Shown here: positions 16,092-22,837 of the stretch, in pieces
How the letters are laid out: the number at the start of each line of letters is the position of its first letter
Position numbering within the stretch: position 1 is the first letter of the stretch
IMG/VR virus record: IMGVR_UViG_3300026299_000108
Location: 1-45,468 of that record
DNA: 45,468 bases
Direction: 5' to 3' (one strand)
Source: a virus
Program-made: the position numbers and the translations under genes
The notes under the pieces: generated by a model
What the model saw: only the letters and a program-made list of their open reading frames with translations
Told to the model about the DNA's origin: nothing
The model's database searches: none

Positions 16092-17479
16092 CGGCGGTGC
16101 GAGACAAGATCACGGTCATCGACGGCGGAAAGTCCGGCGGGCGCCCTCCCGCCGGCGGCGGTGGCGATGCGGGGGCGGACGACTGGCGGCTGCGCCTCAC
16201 TCGGAATCGGCAGGGCGATGTGATCGCGAACGTGCACAACGTGGCGCTGATCCTCGACCATGACGAGGCGATGCTGGGGATGTTCGGGCTGGACGAGTTT
16301 GCGAACCGCGTGGTGCTGCATCGCGACCCGCCGTGGCGCGGGAACATCGGCCGCGAGTTCACCGAGCTGGACGGCGTGGAGCTGGCAGCCTGGCTGGGCA
16401 AGGCGCTGCACGACGGCGGCTATCAGTTGACGCTGAAGACGTCGATGGTGCTGGAGGTGGTCGAGGCGATTGCGCGGCGGCACAAGTTCCACCCGGTGCG
16501 CGACTATCTCAACGGGCTGGTGTGGGATGGGAATGAGCGCATTCCGACGCTGTTCCCCGAGTTCTGTGGCACGGGCGACGACGAGTACCACCAGCGGGTC
16601 GCAGTGATCTTCATGGTCAGCGCTGTGGCGCGCATCCTGCGGCCGGGCTGCAAGGTCGACACCATGCTGGTGCTCGAAGGCGAGCAGGGCCTGGGCAAGA
16701 CGCGCGTGACGCAGACGCTGTTCGGCGGCGATCGCTGGTACGTGGACGCGCAGCGCAGCCCGGCCGAAAAGGACTTTTACCAGGACATTGTCGGGAAGTG
16801 GGGCGTCGAGATCGGCGAGATGACGGCGTTCTCGAAGGCCGAGGCCAACAAGGTCAAGCAGACGCTGTCGGCGACTTCGGACACTTACCGCCCGTCGTAC
16901 GGTCGCTACAGCCGCACTTTCCCGCGGCAGTGCGTGTTCGTCGGCACGACCAATGAGCACGAGTGGCAGCGCGACCACACGGGCGGCCGGCGATACCTGC
17001 CGGTGCGCGTGATGCGCGTGGATGTGGAGCGCATCGCTGCCGTGCGAGATCAGTTGTGGGCCGAGGCGGTTGCCCGCCTGCAGCGCGGCGACGAGTGGTG
17101 GTCGCTGCCCGCGCGGGCGAAGGAGGAGCAGGACGAGCGCTACATCGACGACGCCTGGGCGCAGCCGATGCTGTGGTGGCTGAGCGGGCTGGGGCGACCG
17201 GACAGCTACGACGGGTTGTCCTTCGCGGAGCGCAAGCCCCTCGGCGAGATCGTCGAGGTGAGCGTGGCGGACGTGATGACGCGGGCGCTGGGCATCGATA
17301 CCGCGAGGATCGACCGGCCCGGGCAGATGCGCGTGAGCGCGATCCTGACGCGCTGGGGCTGGGCGTCGTACCGCACGACCAAGTTCGGACGGCAGGCGCG
17401 GCTGTGGTACGCGCCGCCAGAGTGGCAACCCATGCGTCGGCCGCTGCCTCAGCCGGAGGAGGGTGCCGATGCGTTCTGA
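16088..17479 (+). CDS. VirE/VapE-family P-loop ATPase (putative replicative helicase)
   Basis: FHPVRDYL, WDG, LEGEQGLGKT (Walker A), EIGEM, FVGTTN and TGGRRY motifs. Confidence 0.88.
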   Translation: MTAVRDKITVIDGGKSGGRPPAGGGGDAGADDWRLRLTRNRQGDVIANVHNVALILDHDEAMLGMFGLDEFANRVVLHRDPPWRGNIGREFTELDGVELAAWLGKALHDGGYQLTLKTSMVLEVVEAIARRHKFHPVRDYLNGLVWDGNERIPTLFPEFCGTGDDEYHQRVAVIFMVSAVARILRPGCKVDTMLVLEGEQGLGKTRVTQTLFGGDRWYVDAQRSPAEKDFYQDIVGKWGVEIGEMTAFSKAEANKVKQTLSATSDTYRPSYGRYSRTFPRQCVFVGTTNEHEWQRDHTGGRRYLPVRVMRVDVERIAAVRDQLWAEAVARLQRGDEWWSLPARAKEEQDERYIDDAWAQPMLWWLSGLGRPDSYDGLSFAERKPLGEIVEVSVADVMTRALGIDTARIDRPGQMRVSAILTRWGWASYRTTKFGRQARLWYAPPEWQPMRRPLPQPEEGADAF

Positions 17480-17481
17480 GC

Positions 17482-17716
17482 TTGCCAACCTTGCCGACCT
17501 CTTGCCGACCTGCTTGCCAACCTCAAACGCTTGCGGGGCAGGGGGTTTGCCAACCTTGCCAACCTTTTCGCGTTCGCGCACGCGTATGAGTCGGACCGGC
17601 CCGACATCCTTCATGTGCGCATACAGGTCGGCAAGGTTGGCAAGGTTGGCAACGGCCGCGCAAATCAAAGGCTTAGGCTTGCCAACCTCATTGACCGAGG
17701 TTGGCAAGGTCGGCAA
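17482..17716. repeat. Iteron-like array of TTGCC(A/G)ACC, putative replication origin
   Basis: 7 forward copies (17482, 17491, 17502, 17514, 17547, 17556, 17679) and 5 reverse copies (17626, 17635, 17644, 17699, 17708). Confidence 0.8.
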
Positions 17717-17771
17717 GCGCACCGCCGAGGTGATCGCGAACCTGAACGCGAACCTGAACGGACGGTGCCGC

Positions 17772-17813
17772 GGGTCCTCCCCGGGGGCGTTCACAGCGGG
17801 CAATCAGGCTCGC
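17772..17813 (+). other. Candidate cos site (cosQ plus cosN)
   Basis: GGGTCCT (the lambda cosQ sequence), then GCG-GGCAATCAGGCT-CGC, about 70 bp upstream of terS. Confidence 0.55.
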
Positions 17814-17884
17814 GATTTCTCGCAAGTGATGGCGGGAATCACTAGGTTAATCAGTGGGTTGCGAGTGAATCTGCGGGGTGTCGC

Positions 17885-18472
17885 ATGGTAAATCTGCCCG
17901 CCATCATCCCCGCCGAGTGGCCCGAGACCTGCACGCAGAAGGAGTTCGCGGTGCTGATCGGCATCAGCGAACCCGGCGTCTGCAAGCACAAGGCCGCCGG
18001 CCGCGTCGCGATGGACGGCAAGCGCGTCCGCGTCCGCGAGACGATCGACCGCATGCGCCGCCACACGCATCCCGGCCGCGGCGGCGACCGCACCCCCGCC
18101 GCAGCACCGCGCGCTGCGCACGGCGCCGCGCAGGCGGCGCCAGTGGCCTTCGGCGGCTCCCCGGACGATCCGACCAACTACCAGCTCCAGGCGGCCCGCG
18201 AGAAGCGCGCCAGCGCCCAGCTCCGCGAAATGGAGCTCGCCGAGCGCGCCGGCCAGCTCGTCCTGCGCGAGGCCCGCGACGCCGCCGAGTTCGGCCGCGC
18301 CCGCATGGCCCGCGAAGCCGTGATGTCGATACCCGACCGCCTGGCCGTGCAGCTTGCCCCCGCGCTGCCGGTCGACGAAGTCCACGCCCTGCTCACCGCC
18401 GAGTGCCGGCGCATCTGCGCGCTGCTCGCCGCCGGCGGCCAATCCCTTCCCACCGAGGCCGAAGCCGCATGA
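17885..18472 (+). CDS. Terminase small subunit (Nu1-like)
   Basis: N-terminal wHTH (TQKEFAVLIGIS) and AREKRASAQLREMELAERAGQLV coiled coil. Confidence 0.75.
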   Translation: MVNLPAIIPAEWPETCTQKEFAVLIGISEPGVCKHKAAGRVAMDGKRVRVRETIDRMRRHTHPGRGGDRTPAAAPRAAHGAAQAAPVAFGGSPDDPTNYQLQAAREKRASAQLREMELAERAGQLVLREARDAAEFGRARMAREAVMSIPDRLAVQLAPALPVDEVHALLTAECRRICALLAAGGQSLPTEAEAA

Positions 18473-18825
18473 CCCGCAACGACATCCTCGCCCTGCTCAT
18501 CGCATGGGCCGCCCAGCACGAGATCATCGAACAGGCCGGCGACGCCCTCAGCGACCTCTGCGGCGCCTCGCCCGACTCCGTCCTCGGCCGCGCCCTGTGG
18601 GGCACCTTCGATGCCTACACCGACGTCCTCGAGGCCCGCATCCTCGGCAGCGCCGCCGACGCCTGGCTGCGCTACTTCCGCGACGACTGCGAGATGGGTG
18701 CCCTGCCGCGCCCCGTGCAGGTCGCCGACCATGACAACATCGCCCTCGACGGCATCGAAGCGCTGACCGACCTGTGCGTCGCGCTGACCGCAGAAAAGAC
18801 AACGGCGCGGGAGTCCGCGCCGTGA
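18469..18825 (+). CDS. Hypothetical protein
   Basis: ATGA-coupled to terS. Confidence 0.65.
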   Translation: MTRNDILALLIAWAAQHEIIEQAGDALSDLCGASPDSVLGRALWGTFDAYTDVLEARILGSAADAWLRYFRDDCEMGALPRPVQVADHDNIALDGIEALTDLCVALTAEKTTARESAP

Positions 18826-18851
18826 TCGTGGCCCTGCTGCTGGCGCTGCTG

Positions 18852-19118
18852 TCAGCGCGTCTCGTCGATGCTCACCAGCTTCCCGCCGCGGAAGGTGAGG
18901 CTCACCGTCTTGCCGTTGAGGTAGTACTCCCAGCGCTCGCCGACGGCGCCGCCGTAGCCGTTCTCGAGCTGGACGATCCGGTCCGGCTTGCCGGCGCGCT
19001 GCATCACCGCGCCCGGGCCGTCGCCCACGGTGACCACGCCGCGGCTGAAGGCGTAGGTGTCGCCGGCCAGCGCGGTGCCGGCGGCCAGCAGCAGAGCAAG
19101 TGCGAGTGCGAAACGCAT
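18852..19118 (-). CDS. Small exported protein (DUF2845-like)
   Basis: GGAGG RBS, signal peptide MRFALALALLLAAGTALA, ERWEY and FRGGKLVSI motifs. Confidence 0.7.
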   Translation of the reverse strand: MRFALALALLLAAGTALAGDTYAFSRGVVTVGDGPGAVMQRAGKPDRIVQLENGYGGAVGERWEYYLNGKTVSLTFRGGKLVSIDETR

Positions 19119-19157
19119 GGCGAATCCTCCCTGTGTGAATGGTGCGCCGCGCAGCGC

Positions 19158-19163
19158 TTGACA
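19158..19163 (+). promoter_or_regulatory. -35 box (TTGACA) of a putative promoter for the C4/antirepressor operon
   Basis: Consensus -35 upstream of a structured leader; no clear -10 found. Confidence 0.4.
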
Positions 19164-19311
19164 GCCGCCCGCGGGCAGGCACAGCATACCCCCGCTGCCG
19201 CCAAATCGGCAGCCGGGGGTGACAGCCCGAAGCCAAGCGCGCAAGCGCCCATCCGCTCGGTCGGCGCTTTTTTCGTGCCCAGCCATGCGGTTGGGCCAGC
19301 CCATCAGTTCA

Positions 19312-19387
19312 TGGCGGGCGGCGTGCGGGAGCCCGCAAGGGCTCGCCGGTCCTTGGCCCGGTCTGTCAACCGCACGTCGTCCGTCGC
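19312..19387 (+). ncRNA. C4 / P4-CI-like antisense RNA
   Basis: Closing stem GGCGGGCGGCGTGCGG/CCGCACGTCGTCCGTC; GAGCCC-GCAA-GGGCTC hairpin; CTGTCAACC complementary to flanking GGGTGACAGCC repeats. Confidence 0.7.
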
Positions 19388-19436
19388 CCTGGGTGACAGC
19401 CGGGCGCCGGATTCCTTCAACGCCAAGGAATTCCGA

Positions 19437-19727
19437 ATGAACACCACGCACGCCGCGGCCGCAACGGCCGTCGAAGACCCATCGCACCCAACGCACCCCG
19501 CCGATGGCTGGCTCGCCGCCATCGACGCCCTCGACATCCACCACGAGCAGAACCGCTGGAGCATCGCGCTGGGCAACGCGATCGCCGCCACCGTCCGCAC
19601 CTCGCCCGACGATGCCATCGCCCTCGCCGAAGTGCTGGTTCACGTCCACGGCATGCAGACCGGCAGCATCGAAGCCGAGCAGGCCCGCGCCGACGAAGCG
19701 CTGCAGCGCATCGGGGGTGCGGCATGA
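19437..19727 (+). CDS. Hypothetical protein
   Basis: AAGGA RBS; ATGA-coupled to the next gene. Confidence 0.6.
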   Translation: MNTTHAAAATAVEDPSHPTHPADGWLAAIDALDIHHEQNRWSIALGNAIAATVRTSPDDAIALAEVLVHVHGMQTGSIEAEQARADEALQRIGGAA

Positions 19728-20035
19728 ACGCGATGACTGCAGTCCAAGCGCTGGATACGCTGGAGGCTTGCCAGGCGTATGTGGACGACGCCGCATGCTT
19801 CCCGGCGCAGTTCAAGCCCGGTCTCGTCAAGCAGCACCAGCGCGACTACACCGCGGCCCTGGAGTTCTTCACGCGTCTGGTCCAGCGACAAGCTGCACAA
19901 TCGGAACTCGCACTCATTGGCTGGGGCGAGATCGAGAACGGCCGGCTGGTGTCGTTCGCGCACCAGCGCAGCGAGCAGTGCACCACGGAGATCTTCGCCC
20001 CAGGCGCAGCGGTGCGCACTGGCGGTGCCGCATGA
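19724..20035 (+). CDS. Hypothetical protein
   Basis: Coupled on both sides. Confidence 0.6.
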   Translation: MNAMTAVQALDTLEACQAYVDDAACFPAQFKPGLVKQHQRDYTAALEFFTRLVQRQAAQSELALIGWGEIENGRLVSFAHQRSEQCTTEIFAPGAAVRTGGAA

Positions 20036-20718
20036 CCGCACGTGAACGCCCGATCCTGTTCGGCGCGCCGATGGTGCGCGCGATACTCGAAGGCCGGAAG
20101 ACGCAGACGCGGAGGGTGGTGAAGGCGCCGCGTGGACACGAGCTGGTCAACCTCCGCGAGTCGGAGGGAGACCACAGCTACAGCGGCCTGTTCAATGATC
20201 CGACCTCATGGGGCTATCCGTTCTTCGACGACTGCGCGCCGGCCGTACTCGCCCATTGGCCGGAGCTTTGCCCCTACGGACAGCCCGGCGACAGGCTATG
20301 GGTGCGGGAGACGTGGGCGCATGTCCCGGCTTCCGCGTATCGGTACAGTGATGGCGTGCAGCAGACGGTGTGTCCCTCCGATCCTGACATGGCGGCGGTC
20401 TATGCAGCCGGATGGGATCGGTCGAAGCCGGGCCGCTGGCGCCCCTCGATCCACATGCCCCGCTGGGCCTCGCGCATTGACCTCGAAGTGACCGTCGTGC
20501 GCGTGGAGCGGCTGCAGGACATCAGCGAGGCAGATGCGATCGCCGAAAGCATTCAGGCATCGAAGGACGGTCACGGCTTCCACACCGAGGACGGCCGCCA
20601 CTACTGGTCGAACGCAGTTGGCGCGTACTGCTCGCAGTGGGAATCGATCAACGGCCCCGACAGTTGGACCGCGAACCCGTGGGTCTGGGTCGTCGAGTTC
20701 CGGAGGGTCAAGCCATGA
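20032..20718 (+). CDS. ASCH/PUA-like phage protein
   Basis: RPILF, MVRAILEGRKTQTRR, GDRLWVRETW, PSIHMPRWASRI and NPWVWVVEF motifs. Confidence 0.8.
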   Translation: MTARERPILFGAPMVRAILEGRKTQTRRVVKAPRGHELVNLRESEGDHSYSGLFNDPTSWGYPFFDDCAPAVLAHWPELCPYGQPGDRLWVRETWAHVPASAYRYSDGVQQTVCPSDPDMAAVYAAGWDRSKPGRWRPSIHMPRWASRIDLEVTVVRVERLQDISEADAIAESIQASKDGHGFHTEDGRHYWSNAVGAYCSQWESINGPDSWTANPWVWVVEFRRVKP

Positions 20719-21524
20719 CCGCCCTCGTCATCGCCAACACGCAGATCCGCTGCGACGCCGCTGGCCGCTACTGCCTCAACGACCTGCACCAGGCCAGCGG
20801 CGGTGCGAAGCGGCACCAGCCGTCCGACTGGTTGCGCCTCAAGCAGACGCAGGAACTCATCGCCGAGGTGATCAGTTCCCCGGATGAACTCCGGGAATCC
20901 CCGGAGTTAAACCCGGTCGAGACGAGCGAGGGCCGTTACGGCGGCGGAACCTACGCCGTCAAGGAACTGGTCTACGCCTACGCGATGTGGATCAGCGCCG
21001 CCTTCCACCTGCACGTCATCCGCGCCTACGACGCCCTCGTCGCCGGCCGCGCCGCCGCCGAGCCGCCGCCGGTGCCGGTCGCCGCCACCCACCGCGCCGA
21101 CGTGCTGGTCAGCGCCACCCGCACCTTCGCCGCACTGGCCCGCGCCGGCCGCACCCTGCGCATGGGTCACGCCCGCGCCCTGGCCGCGGCCAACGCCGCC
21201 ACCTTCCGCGCCACCGGCATCGACCTGATCGACGAGCTCGGCGCGCACGACCTCGTCGCCGAGCCCGCGCTCGGCCTGCCCGACGGCCTGCCCCCGGGCC
21301 TCGCCGACTGGCTGGCCGGCCGCGACCTCGTCACCACCCGCGACGTCATCACCGGCCTGTCCCTCGGCAACCCCGACGACACCGCCCTGCAGATGCGCGC
21401 CGCCGCCGCCATGCGCGCCCTCGGCTGGACCAAGGTGCGCAGCACGCGCACCGCCCGCCAGTGGGCGTGGCAGCGGCCCGCCGTCGCAACCACAACCACA
21501 ACCACGATGGAGATCACGCCATGA
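20715..21524 (+). CDS. KilA-N domain protein, putative antirepressor
   Basis: GRYCLNDLHQASGG, PSDWLRL and GTYAVKELVYAYAMWISAAF motifs. Confidence 0.88.
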   Translation: MTALVIANTQIRCDAAGRYCLNDLHQASGGAKRHQPSDWLRLKQTQELIAEVISSPDELRESPELNPVETSEGRYGGGTYAVKELVYAYAMWISAAFHLHVIRAYDALVAGRAAAEPPPVPVAATHRADVLVSATRTFAALARAGRTLRMGHARALAAANAATFRATGIDLIDELGAHDLVAEPALGLPDGLPPGLADWLAGRDLVTTRDVITGLSLGNPDDTALQMRAAAAMRALGWTKVRSTRTARQWAWQRPAVATTTTTTMEITP

Positions 21525-22186
21525 CGTATCAGCGCAACGCATTGGGCGCCGGCGTACAGCCCTCAAATCCGTTCGAGAACCGTCGCGACTCGCCGCTCGC
21601 CAGCATCGTCTTCTACCTGCACCGCCTCCAGTGGGATGGCAAGGAGCGCATCCCTACGCTGTTCCCGGCGTTATGCGGTACCGCCGACAACCCGTATCAC
21701 CAGCATGCCGCCAAAGTGCTGATGCTGAGCGCCGCCGCCCGCATCCTCGATCCCGGGTGTCGCGTCGATCAATGGCTGGTGCTCGAGGGTAGGCAGGGCG
21801 TCGGGAAGTCCACGTTCCTGCAGGTGCTGTTCGGCAAGGACTACTTCTCTACCCGCAATCGGCCTGAGATGTGGTGCATCGAGATCAGCGAGATCGACAG
21901 GCTCTCCAAGGCCGAGGCCATGCAGTTGAAGAAAATGCTGGATGCTTCAACTGACAGTATGCGGCGGCAGGGCATCTACGTCATGGCGACCCATGAGGCA
22001 TCGCTGCCGACGGATCTCGATGCCACCAGGCGATTCCTGCCCGTCCGCATTCAGTGCGTGGATGTCGATAGCCTGGCGGCCATCCGTGACCAGTTGTGGG
22101 CCGAAGCGATGGCGCGACTGTGGCGCGGAGAAAGCTGGCAGCAGCCCACCGTCGCACCCACATCCACGATGGAGATCACCCCATGA
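21521..22186 (+). CDS. Shortened VirE/VapE ATPase paralogue
   Basis: Colinear with the core of 16088..17479 (WDGKERIPTLFP, LEGRQGVGKS, RDQLWAEA), with deletions. Confidence 0.8.
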   Translation: MTYQRNALGAGVQPSNPFENRRDSPLASIVFYLHRLQWDGKERIPTLFPALCGTADNPYHQHAAKVLMLSAAARILDPGCRVDQWLVLEGRQGVGKSTFLQVLFGKDYFSTRNRPEMWCIEISEIDRLSKAEAMQLKKMLDASTDSMRRQGIYVMATHEASLPTDLDATRRFLPVRIQCVDVDSLAAIRDQLWAEAMARLWRGESWQQPTVAPTSTMEITP

Positions 22187-22551
22187 CCGCAGTCCTGATC
22201 GCGCTCATCTTCGCGCTGGCGTTCGCCGGCATCCTCGCGGCTCGCCGCTGCGCCGCGCCGCTTCCGATGCCGCTGCAGCCCAACCCTGCGCTGCAGGCCT
22301 ACCAACTCCGCCCCGGCGTGGTCTACGCCGCGGAGACCGCCGAGGAAGCCGTCCGCATCGCCAACGACGAGCTGTTCGACGAAGTCGACCTCGCCGATGC
22401 GCGGCAACTGGCCGACCACGAGCTGGATGCGCGGGTGTTCCTCCGCGACAGCCCGGATGACGACGACCCGTACACCACGCTCCGCCACGAGCTGGACTAT
22501 CGCCGGCGCATCGGCCGCGCCGGCGCGCTCTGCGGCAACGCACCGGACTGA
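22183..22551 (+). CDS. Hypothetical protein with an N-terminal TM segment
   Basis: GGAG RBS, hydrophobic N-terminus. Confidence 0.6.
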   Translation: MTAVLIALIFALAFAGILAARRCAAPLPMPLQPNPALQAYQLRPGVVYAAETAEEAVRIANDELFDEVDLADARQLADHELDARVFLRDSPDDDDPYTTLRHELDYRRRIGRAGALCGNAPD

Positions 22552-22618
22552 CGGACGTATTACGCTTGTACCGCTGCCATGCGCAGCAAAACCTCACTCT
22601 GGAGCAAGGAACAACCTC

Positions 22619-22834
22619 ATGGCAATACGAAATCCGGAAAACTGGGCAGAAGCAAAGCTGACGGTCACGCTCACCGACGGCACGCGCATCGGTCCGTGCG
22701 ATACCACTGACCGTCCACTGGGTGATGACGGGTGCTGGGTCACGGTATGGGTCGACGACAGACTCGTCTCGTATCCAAGGGAGCAGGTGGCTTCTGTCGA
22801 ATTCTCCTTCGACGCAGACGCCAATCAACCCTGA
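22619..22834 (+). CDS. Small hypothetical protein
   Basis: AAGGA RBS; start MAIRNPENW; visibly AT-richer than its flanks. Confidence 0.55.
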   Translation: MAIRNPENWAEAKLTVTLTDGTRIGPCDTTDRPLGDDGCWVTVWVDDRLVSYPREQVASVEFSFDADANQP

Positions 22835-22837
22835 GCG

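Noticed and set aside
17482..17716. CRISPR array
   Set aside because: The repeats are 9 bp, in both orientations, with no regular spacers and no cas genes.
17463..17891. 142-aa ORF across the iterons
   Set aside because: Its repetitive peptide (LANL, LPTL, ARLA) is just the translated 9-bp repeats, and the region is better explained as ori plus cos.
18774..19436. Long ORF through the C4-like region (Ash-like peptide)
   Set aside because: It overlaps the opposite-strand exported-protein gene, and the Ash-like residues coincide with the RNA structure. Translation is not supported, though not excluded.
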